From: Synergistales bacterium
GTDB taxonomy: Bacteria > Synergistota > Synergistia > Synergistales > JAFGMB01
NCBI GenBank assembly: GCA_963666205.1
Contig: OY762654.1
Location: 2,080,001 to 2,144,000, forward strand
DNA: 64,000 bases
Reading direction: 5' to 3'
The position numbers were made by a program, and so were the translations under genes. Of the stretch, positions 40,061 through 49,158 are shown piece after piece (within the stretch, counting starts at the first letter, position 1; each line of letters starts with the position of its first letter). The notes under the pieces were generated by a model that saw only the letters and a program-made list of their open reading frames with translations, did not search any database and was not told the origin of the DNA.

Positions 40061-40166
40061 ATGTGCTCCCTCCTTAGTAAATCGATTCTGATCTATTCTA
40101 TTTGTTACATAATTGAGTTGAATATATCCCAGTGTAATAAGAAAGACAAACCCCCATCTATAAAAT

Positions 40167-40191
40167 AGGGTCAGGTCTTGAATTGCCACAT
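40167..40191 (+). repeat. GGGGTC-site, subtype C
   Basis: AGGGTCAGGTCTTGAATTGCCACAT, similar to 47323-47347. Confidence 0.75.
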
Positions 40192-40729
40192 CTTTATCAT
40201 TTGGGATGTTACGATTCTGAGGCACAATGTTCTCATAACAGAAAGCATTTGAATTCTGGGTGATATCACTCATAGTAAAAAGTGGATAGTAGATTAAGAC
40301 TGAAAAATGTATTTTCCCAAGGAGATTCCTTTCAAAAATCCTAGAGTTTCACGGGAAAAAGTTGTGGTGTCTGAATTTGCTTTTTATGAGAGCTATCTCA
40401 TTCTGGATGATCTGGACAGGTGCTATAATTAAAATCAGTTAAATTTCATTTTATTTTTTCTTTACCTATATACTTTCTTCTATTTTCAGGTCTTTGCATA
40501 AATACAAATTATTCAGCCCTTTTGATAAGACAAAAGAGAGGTGATGCGATCTGGTAAACCCTTTTTACGTCTTGCTGTGCATACTGGTTGAATAACTGGG
40601 ATATTCGTGGTTCAAGAGCATTTCATGTCTCATTTATTCCTAATATCTTTACCCCCAAACATAACATAGATACACCAGACTTCGAAGAATATTTCACAAC
40701 CTATCATTCTTCTTAAGGGAGTGGTTAGA

Positions 40730-42442
40730 GTGAAAAAGACATTTCTTGTTCTTTTTACTGTTCTGGTTCTGTTGATCTTTTCAGGTTCCTGTTATGCATA
40801 TGAATTTGAGGTTGCAACATCAGATGATTTACGGTTTGCTCTTGATATTGCTGATGATAACGGTGAAAGTGACACTATTACATTATTGCCAGGGACGTAC
40901 GAGACAGGAGGTACTTATTTTTTCTATTCAGCAATTGTACCTCCGGGAGCTACAGGTGACCTGACAATTATCGGATCAGGCGATGTTGTACTGGATGGAG
41001 GAAGCTCAAGTCAAGTATTAAATATAGCTTCAAATTATTCAACAGTTATTACTCTCAGGAACCTGACTGTCCAAAAAGGAGTTGCTCTTGAAGGGGCTGG
41101 AGCAAACATTGATATCGAAACAGGAACGATCAATGTGGTTAACTGCTCTTTCAAAGATAATTCCGCAATCGAATATGACGCGGGAGGACTGTATGCCAAC
41201 ATAGATAATGGAGGCAATATCCAGGTTACAAGCTGTGATTTTTCCGGGAATACGGCAAACGAGACAGATGCAGATGGAGGAGGCTTATACGCCAGAGTTA
41301 ATAGCGGAGATATAACTGTTATCGCCAGTTCCTTTAATGGGAACGAAGGTGCACGATATGGTGGAGCTGCCCATCTTTATTTAACAAACGGGAACCTAGC
41401 CCTTTCAGACTGCACCTTTACGAATAATACAGGCAGTGCTTCTGACTGTTATGGAGGCGGCGCATATATAGAAACAGACGAGGTCAACTGTGTGGTCACC
41501 GGAAATACATTTTCAGGCAATATCTCCCCTTACACTGCAGGTGGTATATCTCTTTACAGTTATAATGGCGGCGCATATTTTGCATCCAATAACCTGGAAG
41601 TTAATAGTGCGGACTATGGCGGTGGAGCGTTTATTTACTGTGAGGGGAACCTGACAGTGGAGAACAACATATTCACCGACAACATGGGTGCAGAATATGG
41701 TGGCGGAATAGCATTTGAGACAGGTGGCTGGCTGGAGGATGCCCATCACGTGATCTTCAGGAACAATCTGGTAGCAGACAATACTACTGACTATAAGGGA
41801 GGAGGAGTACATTTCATTTCACGTTATGTTGCAAGTGCAGATATAATCAACAATACCATTACCGGCAATACCTGCACTGGTGATGCCACTTGGTCATACG
41901 GCGGAGGTCTATATATCGAATGTGCCTATTCTGAAACAGACTTTTCTATATACAACAACATTCTATGGGGCAACACCAGTTACAGTGTTAATAGGACTAC
42001 CATCGGACCTGATGACCTTTTTCTCTATGACGACGTGTATATGAATTATTTCTACGTATATAACAATCTTCTCTCTGTTATCCAGAAGGATTTCAACGAC
42101 GGAGGCAGCGTCTTCTCAAGCGGATCTAATTATAATACCCTTGATCCTCTCTTTGTCTCCGAAACAGATTATCACCTTCAGGAAGGTTCTATTGCCATAG
42201 ACCGGGGAGATAACCTGGCACCAAGCCTTCCTTTAACCGACCTGGACGGAAATGACAGGATCTACGGAGGTACCGTGGACATGGGAGCCTATGAGTACGA
42301 TTCGATCCCAACGGGAGACGACGAAGATGATGACGATGAAGATGGCAATGGAGGCGGTGGTGGAAATTGTAATATCGGTTCCTTCATTCCTTCGATGTTA
42401 CTGCTGATCGCTCCTCTGCTTCTTCTTGTAAGGAAAAGATAA
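40730..42442 (+). CDS. Surface beta-helix repeat protein with a Synerg-CTERM-like tail
   Basis: Signal peptide, repeated FxxN...GGG/A, DLDGNDRI...DMGAYEY, acidic linker, GGGGGNC-hydrophobic-RKR. Confidence 0.88.
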   Translation: MKKTFLVLFTVLVLLIFSGSCYAYEFEVATSDDLRFALDIADDNGESDTITLLPGTYETGGTYFFYSAIVPPGATGDLTIIGSGDVVLDGGSSSQVLNIASNYSTVITLRNLTVQKGVALEGAGANIDIETGTINVVNCSFKDNSAIEYDAGGLYANIDNGGNIQVTSCDFSGNTANETDADGGGLYARVNSGDITVIASSFNGNEGARYGGAAHLYLTNGNLALSDCTFTNNTGSASDCYGGGAYIETDEVNCVVTGNTFSGNISPYTAGGISLYSYNGGAYFASNNLEVNSADYGGGAFIYCEGNLTVENNIFTDNMGAEYGGGIAFETGGWLEDAHHVIFRNNLVADNTTDYKGGGVHFISRYVASADIINNTITGNTCTGDATWSYGGGLYIECAYSETDFSIYNNILWGNTSYSVNRTTIGPDDLFLYDDVYMNYFYVYNNLLSVIQKDFNDGGSVFSSGSNYNTLDPLFVSETDYHLQEGSIAIDRGDNLAPSLPLTDLDGNDRIYGGTVDMGAYEYDSIPTGDDEDDDDEDGNGGGGGNCNIGSFIPSMLLLIAPLLLLVRKR

Positions 42443-42465
42443 ACTAACTTAAGAAACAAGTATTG

Positions 42466-42494
42466 AAGGGTCCTTTCACCAGGACCCTTTTTTT
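42466..42494 (+). terminator. Intrinsic terminator
   Basis: AAGGGTCCT-TTCACC-AGGACCCTTTTTTT. Confidence 0.8.
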
Positions 42495-42590
42495 ATTCTG
42501 GCAGGGATCTGTATTGGCTCAGGAGGTTTGGAGATTTTATCCAGGTTCTGTCAAAAGATCACTGTAAAAAACACTAAGGCCCAGAAAATC

Positions 42591-42644
42591 GGGGTCAGGC
42601 CTTGCGCGTGCGGTTTTGCACAACAAAATGATTCCTCTACATTT
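42591..42644 (+). repeat. GGGGTC-site, subtype B
   Basis: GGGGTCAGGCCTTGCGCGTGCGGTTTTGCACAACAAAAT. Confidence 0.92.
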
Positions 42645-42742
42645 CATTTTTTAAAAACAAAAAAAGCCGCTGCCTTTTACGACAGCGGCTTTTGAACATT
42701 TCGAATTATATCGGTTCGGCGGAGGCTTACGTTCTATCTGCC

Positions 42743-43747
42743 TTACTCGCCGTGGGATTTCATGTAGGAACTGACCCGAAGTTCGGCGTTCCGCCTGAGG
42801 TTGCGGTAGAAGAAGGTGTAGTCGTAGGGGTGGTAGAATCCGGGGATACTCATGGCATCAAGGTCTTCGATATTTGAGGGCGTTGAAATGACAAAAGCCC
42901 CGTTGACAGTCTGTCCACCCGTGTAATGCGGGATATCCATTACACCTGTCTCGGTGAAGAAGACGGCCCCCAGGTTCCTGTCGGCCTGAGCTGACTCTCC
43001 GGTGATTTTCATGGTGAGCGGGTTTACTGCCACAGCTCCCTCGCGAACGATGCTGTAATCCGCGTTCAATCCCTGGGTGTTATAGCTGATGATGCAACCC
43101 GTCTGATCGTGGGTTTCTGCCATCTTCAGGTGGGGATACCGGGCCAGGTCATCCTCTGTAACGGACCAGCCAATGATATAGGCCGCAACCAGTTTCTTTC
43201 TCAGATCCGGGTTGCCGAAGCGCCGCTCCATAAGGTGCAACAGGTGTTCCGATCCCTGGCTATGGCCGGCAAGGATGAATGGGCGTCCCTTGTTCCAGTG
43301 GGCCATGTAGGCGTTGAATGCGGCCTCCACATCAGTGTAGGCTAAATCCAGGGACTGCCTTTCAGGACTGTCCTCGGGAGTGTGCAATACGGCCAGATTA
43401 GCCTGGCGGTAGTAGGGTGCAACGAGGCAGGCAGAAGACGAGAATACCCCAGCCTGGCTCATCATGAGCTCTTTCACCTCGGGGTCGGCGGCCTCTCCCT
43501 CGAGGGACTGGTTCCAGTTATCGTCTCCTCGATAGGTCGTGGGGTGAACGAAGAAGATATCCACCGGATAGGAACGAGAGTCTTCGGGAAGGACGGCCCA
43601 ACTGTCCTGTGAGGAATAATCAGGGGTTGCTGGCACAAGATTCAAGTCGAAAGTATGGTTCGGATCGGCACCGGACGGCCCGGAAAAGCCCAGGACCAGA
43701 ATGAGTGTGCATAATATGAGGAGTGTAAAATCGAGACGTTTGGACAT
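42743..43747 (-). CDS. DUF3089 alpha/beta-hydrolase (exported)
   Basis: DIFFVHPTT, APYYRQ, GHSQG, H.YDY.FFY. Terminator hairpin at 42662-42693. Confidence 0.88.
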   Translation of the reverse strand: MSKRLDFTLLILCTLILVLGFSGPSGADPNHTFDLNLVPATPDYSSQDSWAVLPEDSRSYPVDIFFVHPTTYRGDDNWNQSLEGEAADPEVKELMMSQAGVFSSSACLVAPYYRQANLAVLHTPEDSPERQSLDLAYTDVEAAFNAYMAHWNKGRPFILAGHSQGSEHLLHLMERRFGNPDLRKKLVAAYIIGWSVTEDDLARYPHLKMAETHDQTGCIISYNTQGLNADYSIVREGAVAVNPLTMKITGESAQADRNLGAVFFTETGVMDIPHYTGGQTVNGAFVISTPSNIEDLDAMSIPGFYHPYDYTFFYRNLRRNAELRVSSYMKSHGE

Positions 43748-43964
43748 GTTGTTTCGCTCCTTTGTTTTATGTATGTTTGAGGTCCAGCGACCATGCCTCA
43801 GGCCGTTGCTCTTCTGGATTCCCCTATTTTCATACGCCTGAAGACCGGTCTCAATGACGGACTCTAGACAGGTGGTTTTTCTATCGGGGAAATGATCCTT
43901 ATTATACTCACGTGTTGCTCTTTTTCAACATGATTACGGTCGTAAGGTTTATATACAGGGAAAT

Positions 43965-44020
43965 GGGATCAGGCCTCGCACTCTAGGTTTTATCGTACAG
44001 AAATTCCTCCTCTGCAATTT
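43965..44020 (+). repeat. Degenerate GGGGTC-site, subtype B
   Basis: GGGATCAGGCCTCGCACTCTAGGTTTT...CCTCTGCAATTT. Confidence 0.6.
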
Positions 44021-44178
44021 CTTTAATATTCTTCTGATTTTGTTTTATCCTATTAGCCTGGATATGGTAGGGTATAGCTTATATGGAATGGTTCATTAAT
44101 GGGCTGTGGAAAATTTATCGGAGCAGTCGATGTACTGAATTGACGTGTTTTTATAACAGCAGGGGGTACGAAGATAAC

Positions 44179-45816
44179 ATGACCAGGGTCTGTGATGTTG
44201 ATGTGCTTATCGTCGGAGGCGGACTTGCCGGGTTATCGGCAGCTCTTGTGGCTCGGGAACAATTTCCTGAAGTTGGCCTTGTCTGCAAAAGTAAGGCTGG
44301 AAAGAGCGGGAATACCCTTATCTCTGCCGGGGTCCTGAGTCTTGCAACAGAGGAGGGTGGATACGGAGACGATCCGGCTATCTTTGAAAAGGATATTCTG
44401 GATTCGGGTAGCAAAATAAATAACGCAGAACTTGTTAAGGTCTTTGCTGAAGAGTCAGGGTCTGTAATTCCATTTCTGAGAGAAAATGGAGTGGTATTCA
44501 AGAGCATTGACGGCAAATTCCTGGTAAAACATCCGCCGGGACATTCGATAAGCAGATCCTTTATCGCTGAGTACAAGTCCTGTTCCTACTTTAACAGAGG
44601 ATTGCCTCTGACTTTACCCCTGCTTCAGAGAGCTTTGGAGGGGAGAGTAAAGGTCTTTGACGAAACAACAGTTATAAAACTTCTGACAGACGAAAAAGGA
44701 ATTGTTGGTGCAGTTGCCCTGGACAACAATACGGGTGAAAAGCATCTCTTCAGGTCAAAAGTGGTCATCCTTGCAGCAGGCGGGGGGGCAGGGTTGTTTG
44801 AAAGACACAACAACACTTCCGATGTCTCCTGCGATTCCTGCAAACTGGCATATGAGGCCGGAGCTGTCCTGAGGGATATGGAAATGGCCCAGTTTCATCC
44901 TTCCATGATGTTCGAACCTGTAAAAATGATTATTTCCAATCCACTCTTCGGTGCTGGTGCCGTTCTGAAAAACATTAAGGGCGAGGAGTTCATGTATCAT
45001 TACAGCGAGAAAGGGAACCTTGCTACAAGGGATGTCATGACCAGGGCGATCAAGACTGAGATAGATGAAGGGCGAGGGAATCCCCATTACGTGTTTATGG
45101 ACTGTTCAAAAATTGACCCAGAGGTGCTGGATAAGAAGTACGAAGAACTTTCACTTATTCTTAAACGGGTCGGTCTTGATATAAAGAAAGATGGTATTCC
45201 TATCTGTCACGCGGCCCATTTCTATATAGGCGGAGTGGATATAGACAGAGATTGCCAAACATGTGTGGAGGGCCTTCTTGCATGTGGTGAAGCGGCGGGA
45301 GGTCTTCATGGGGCGAACAGGCTGCCGGGGGTAGCCCTGGCAGAATCGGTTGTTTTCGGCAGAATAGCCGGTAAAACCGCGGCAGATCTCTGTGAAAAAA
45401 GGACAGGAACAGCAACACTTACAGAATCAGTGGATATCCTGTCTGAAAGAAGATCCGGCGGAGTACGGCTGCAGGACCTGATGAAAGACCTCCGTTCAGT
45501 TATGTGGGAACATGCTTCCATAACGAGAAGTGAAGGATCACTGAGTCGTGCAAAAAAAGAACTGGAGCACATAGTAGAGCAGAAGGATCTGGCAGGGGTG
45601 AAGAATATCAGGGATATTCTCTGCTTCCATCAGCTGGAGTCGATGATCTTGGAAGCCCGTATGCTGATTGAGGTCAGTGAACAGCGCAAAGAAAGCAGAG
45701 GTGCTTTTTTCAGGACTGATCACCCTGAAAAGGACGAAAGGTTCCGGGGGAATTTCTTTGTTAAAAAGAATGCTGATGGAGAGATGGAGTGTTGTTTCAG
45801 AAAGGCAAAACCATAA
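44179..45816 (+). CDS. FAD-dependent oxidoreductase of the SdhA/FrdA/NadB family
   Basis: GGGLAG, QFHP, HFYIGG, GLHGANRL, ESRGA. Confidence 0.9.
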   Translation: MTRVCDVDVLIVGGGLAGLSAALVAREQFPEVGLVCKSKAGKSGNTLISAGVLSLATEEGGYGDDPAIFEKDILDSGSKINNAELVKVFAEESGSVIPFLRENGVVFKSIDGKFLVKHPPGHSISRSFIAEYKSCSYFNRGLPLTLPLLQRALEGRVKVFDETTVIKLLTDEKGIVGAVALDNNTGEKHLFRSKVVILAAGGGAGLFERHNNTSDVSCDSCKLAYEAGAVLRDMEMAQFHPSMMFEPVKMIISNPLFGAGAVLKNIKGEEFMYHYSEKGNLATRDVMTRAIKTEIDEGRGNPHYVFMDCSKIDPEVLDKKYEELSLILKRVGLDIKKDGIPICHAAHFYIGGVDIDRDCQTCVEGLLACGEAAGGLHGANRLPGVALAESVVFGRIAGKTAADLCEKRTGTATLTESVDILSERRSGGVRLQDLMKDLRSVMWEHASITRSEGSLSRAKKELEHIVEQKDLAGVKNIRDILCFHQLESMILEARMLIEVSEQRKESRGAFFRTDHPEKDERFRGNFFVKKNADGEMECCFRKAKP

Positions 45817-45919
45817 CAAGAATTTTACCGCAGAGGTCGCGGAGAAACCCGTAAACCCTTTGTATGACTGAGCAAAATCAGACTAGATTTTTCTCGAGGA
45901 AATCAAGAATCCAGAATCG

Positions 45920-46125
45920 ATTTACCGCAGAGGACGGGGAGGTTGCGCTGAGGTGCGCAGAGGAGACCTTATACCATTAACCCGGAACATTATGGTCAAA
46001 AGAAGACCTGTTTTGCCCTTACGGTAATGCAACAAATCCACTTGAAAACTTTGACAATCTTTCCCGTGAATTTTTTCCCATTACCTGGAAAAGGATTTCA
46101 TCATTTTCCTGATGTTACGGGTTTT
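45920..46125 (-). repeat. Dispersed repeat Y, inverted copy
   Basis: Reverse complement aligns by eye with 19622-19839. Confidence 0.7.
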
Positions 46126-46171
46126 GAGGACACTTCTTCACAAAGAGACAAAAAGAGGGCAAGAGCTCTTC

Positions 46172-46311
46172 AACCCCGGACATGTGAGTAAAATGATAGT
46201 TCATTTTACTCATCGGCATTAACATATTCTATCCAGGCTCTTACGATCCTGTCTTCGACTATGTATTATGCCGAAAAAATAATATACATATTTTTTCATA
46301 TGTCCCGGGTT
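46172..46311. other. Structured element with terminal inverted repeats and internal hairpins
   Basis: AACCCCGGACATGTGA / TCATATGTCCCGGGTT; TGAGTAAAATGA / TCATTTTACTCA; TCGGCAT / ATGCCGA. Confidence 0.6.
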
Positions 46312-46572
46312 TCAGGGGAAAGTTCGCATGAGGTGCTTAACCCCGATTCATCAGAGAAAATAAAAAACAATCATTAAATCTGGATAGTTACAGGGCTTAT
46401 GACATGTATGTAGCAGATATGCATCACACCTGGTCAGAAAGAAATCGTGCTTCTTCTTAACATTTCCAAACATTTCTTAACCCCAAATAAACAGCTTTAT
46501 CTGTATACTTCTGTCCGTAGAGCGGAAGTCTGGTTCAAAAACATGTTCTGACTGCAGGAGGGTATAAGAGTT

Positions 46573-47295
46573 ATGAACAAAGCTATAATGAAAATGTCCA
46601 GGTTACAGATTGCAAGAATGGCAGTGCAACTGCTTTTTCTAGGTGTTTTATTTGCAGGGTTATTGCTTAAGATAAAACCGGTGTTGATGGTTTTTCTTCC
46701 GCTGGCACTTTTGTCCGGGTCTTTCTTTTGCGGGTGGATCTGCCCATTCGGGGCGATACAGGATTTCTTTGCTAAAGTTGGCAGTCTTTTTGTAAAACGA
46801 AAATTTAAAATGCCCAGAGCTATCCAGAAATATGCCCAGTATTCGAGGTATGTTCTGGCGATAGCGCTTTTCTTTATGGTCGCGGGAGATTCTATTATCA
46901 AAACGTCAATGAATTCATATTTAACCTTTATATTTACTGCAACGGGGCAAGGTGCTGAGCCCGTAGCGATCGGTATCATGGTTGGCTTCATTATGATCGC
47001 CATGTTCTTTGAAAGGCCCTTTTGCAATTATTTCTGCTCAGAGGGGATCAAATACGGAGTGTTAAGCCTTGGAAGACTGTTCACGATCAGGAGGAATACA
47101 GAAACCTGTATTAATTGTAAGCAGTGTGATAAGTCATGCCCCATGAATATTGAGGTTTCAGCGAAAAAGCATGTAAGAAATGCCCAGTGTGTGAACTGTT
47201 TCGAGTGTATAGATGCCTGCCCGGTCAAGGGAACATTGACCTTTGGCCCGGTTATAAAACTGGGGAAAAAGGATAATAAGGAAAATACGGCATAG
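46573..47295 (+). CDS. Membrane 4Fe-4S protein (NapH/MauN-like)
   Basis: FCGWICPFG, RPFCNYFC and two CxxCxxCxxxCP motifs. Confidence 0.9.
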   Translation: MNKAIMKMSRLQIARMAVQLLFLGVLFAGLLLKIKPVLMVFLPLALLSGSFFCGWICPFGAIQDFFAKVGSLFVKRKFKMPRAIQKYAQYSRYVLAIALFFMVAGDSIIKTSMNSYLTFIFTATGQGAEPVAIGIMVGFIMIAMFFERPFCNYFCSEGIKYGVLSLGRLFTIRRNTETCINCKQCDKSCPMNIEVSAKKHVRNAQCVNCFECIDACPVKGTLTFGPVIKLGKKDNKENTA

Positions 47296-47320
47296 TGCTG
47301 TATTCTCCAGAACAGGAAAA

Positions 47321-47447
47321 TCAGGGTCAGGTCTTAACTTGCCATATTTGCTCTATATGCTGCTATATCAATAGTTTTTTAAGTTAAGATTCAGCAATTA
47401 TTCTGGCAAAAAAACCTAAAATATGACAAATCAAACCCTGACCCTGA
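47321..47447. mobile_element. REPIN/MITE-like unit made of two inverted subtype-C sites
   Basis: TCAGGGTCAGGTCTTAACTTGCCATATTT versus the reverse-complemented right end TCAGGGTCAGGGTTTGATTTGTCATATTT. Confidence 0.7.
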
Positions 47448-47452
47448 GGGTG

Positions 47453-48331
47453 CTAGATGGAATGGCGCTCGGGTACGCTGTCCAGGTATTCGTCGTCCAG
47501 TTCTGCTATCATGTCATCCACTTTTTCGATAGCCCTTTCCCTGTCCATTGGCAGAACTGCATCGAAGGTGGCTGTGTTAAGGGCGTGTATTCCCATGTAA
47601 TAGGTATTCGGAACATCTATGAGTTCGATGAGTTTTTTCTGTTCCTCCAGAACTTCCCTTTCGGTTGCGGGTACGAACCTGCCGGTTTTAACATCTTCTG
47701 CAAGCTGGCTGTCGCCGAAGGCCCCCATGGTAGTTGTAACGACACCAATGGGTTTCGATGCATTGAACAGTTTTGCACTTGCTATGGCATTTTCTATTCC
47801 CTTGCCTGCGCCTGCACCACCGAGAATGTAGGCATCGAAATGCTTTATTCCCGCTTTGTTCAGCCTTTCAAGCTGCTCGCAGGAATCTTTGAGGGTAAAG
47901 CCCTTGTTCATATATTTCAGGGTCTCTTCGTGACCTGTTTCAACGCCGATCCAAAGTTCATCTATCCTGAGGTCATGGAGTTCCCTGAGTTCCTGGTCGG
48001 TCTTGTCCCTGATGTTGTTGATGGAGGAGTACATAGTAATGACTTCCATATTAGGAAAGTATTTGAGTATCAGCTGGGCAATGGGTTTGAGACGGCCGGC
48101 AGAAAGAACAAAGGCATCTCCGTTGACCAGGAATATTCTCTCCAGATCTCCGTAAAGTTCCTTTGCTTCCTGTATATCCTTTTCAACCTGTTCAATGGAT
48201 TCCATGGAAAATTTAACATCTTTGTACATGGAGCAGAAGGTACATTTGTTATGAGCACAGCCCACAGTAACCTGAAGCAGCGGGGTACCTGCTTCATAGG
48301 GTGGTCGATATACGGGTCCTGTAAATTTCAT
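47453..48331 (-). CDS. Radical SAM protein
   Basis: VYRPPYEA, GCAHNKCTFC, GVETG. Confidence 0.9.
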   Translation of the reverse strand: MKFTGPVYRPPYEAGTPLLQVTVGCAHNKCTFCSMYKDVKFSMESIEQVEKDIQEAKELYGDLERIFLVNGDAFVLSAGRLKPIAQLILKYFPNMEVITMYSSINNIRDKTDQELRELHDLRIDELWIGVETGHEETLKYMNKGFTLKDSCEQLERLNKAGIKHFDAYILGGAGAGKGIENAIASAKLFNASKPIGVVTTTMGAFGDSQLAEDVKTGRFVPATEREVLEEQKKLIELIDVPNTYYMGIHALNTATFDAVLPMDRERAIEKVDDMIAELDDEYLDSVPERHSI

Positions 48332-48332
48332 G

Positions 48333-49139
48333 TTATTTCTCTAATCCAAGCAGGTCATTGGTGACTGTAATAAGCCTGTCGATCCTGGCTTCGTCATAGG
48401 CATCCCTGTGTGCCGGTCCGAAGGTGCCTTTGTCATTGTCGAAGTACTTGCCTGTAACTCCCTTGTACTCATCGGAGATCGCCAGGTTGTGGAGGATATT
48501 TGCTCCTTTATCGGCTGAGGACCAGTGCCTTCCGTAGGCTTCCTGTACCAGTTTCGTGTTGAGGAGCGAGCCCGGATTTACTGCGATCACAGAAATGTGA
48601 GGGACCTTTCTGGCAAGGTCGAAGCACCACATAGTCAATGCCAGTTTGCTTTGGGCATATGCTTCCTGGACTGGAAGTTCTTCTTTGCCGATGAGGGCTT
48701 CAAGGGAAACAGAGGCCTGTGCGGCAGAACTCAGGCTTATGATCCTTGGTTCATTGCCCTTTTCCAGCAGGGGGAGCAGTTCCCGGGTGAGCAGGAAGGG
48801 AGCCAGGTAGTTGACCACCAGCCTCATATCGATACCGTCTGTATTGAGGGGCTGTGGACTCATGAATATACCTGCGTTATTGATCAGCACGTCGAGTCTG
48901 GCCACTTCGTCCCTGATCTGTTGAGCGAGCTTTCTTACTGAATCCAGGTCCGAAAGATCTCCGGCAAAGCCTGTTACGTTCTGGTTCTGCGCTGCTTCCT
49001 TTATTTCTGAAGTGACTGCAGCGAGTTTTTCGGGGTTCCTTCCATGGAGATATATGGTATGTCCTTCTTTAGCCAGCTTTGTGGCTGCCAGCTTTCCTAT
49101 TCCGTCTGTGCTTCCTGTAATTAATATAGTCTTTTTCAT
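48333..49139 (-). CDS. SDR family oxidoreductase
   Basis: ITGSTDGIG, NNAG, YAQSK. Likely start at 49139. Confidence 0.92.
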   Translation of the reverse strand: MKKTILITGSTDGIGKLAATKLAKEGHTIYLHGRNPEKLAAVTSEIKEAAQNQNVTGFAGDLSDLDSVRKLAQQIRDEVARLDVLINNAGIFMSPQPLNTDGIDMRLVVNYLAPFLLTRELLPLLEKGNEPRIISLSSAAQASVSLEALIGKEELPVQEAYAQSKLALTMWCFDLARKVPHISVIAVNPGSLLNTKLVQEAYGRHWSSADKGANILHNLAISDEYKGVTGKYFDNDKGTFGPAHRDAYDEARIDRLITVTNDLLGLEK

Positions 49140-49158
49140 TGTTATTTTCTCGTTGTCT

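Noticed and set aside
40061-40273. 71-aa N-terminal extension of the HD protein in the ORF track
   Set aside because: It runs through the site at 40167; the RBS and the paralogs support a start at 40060.
47423-48364. 313-aa plus-strand ORF
   Set aside because: Antisense shadow of the radical SAM gene.
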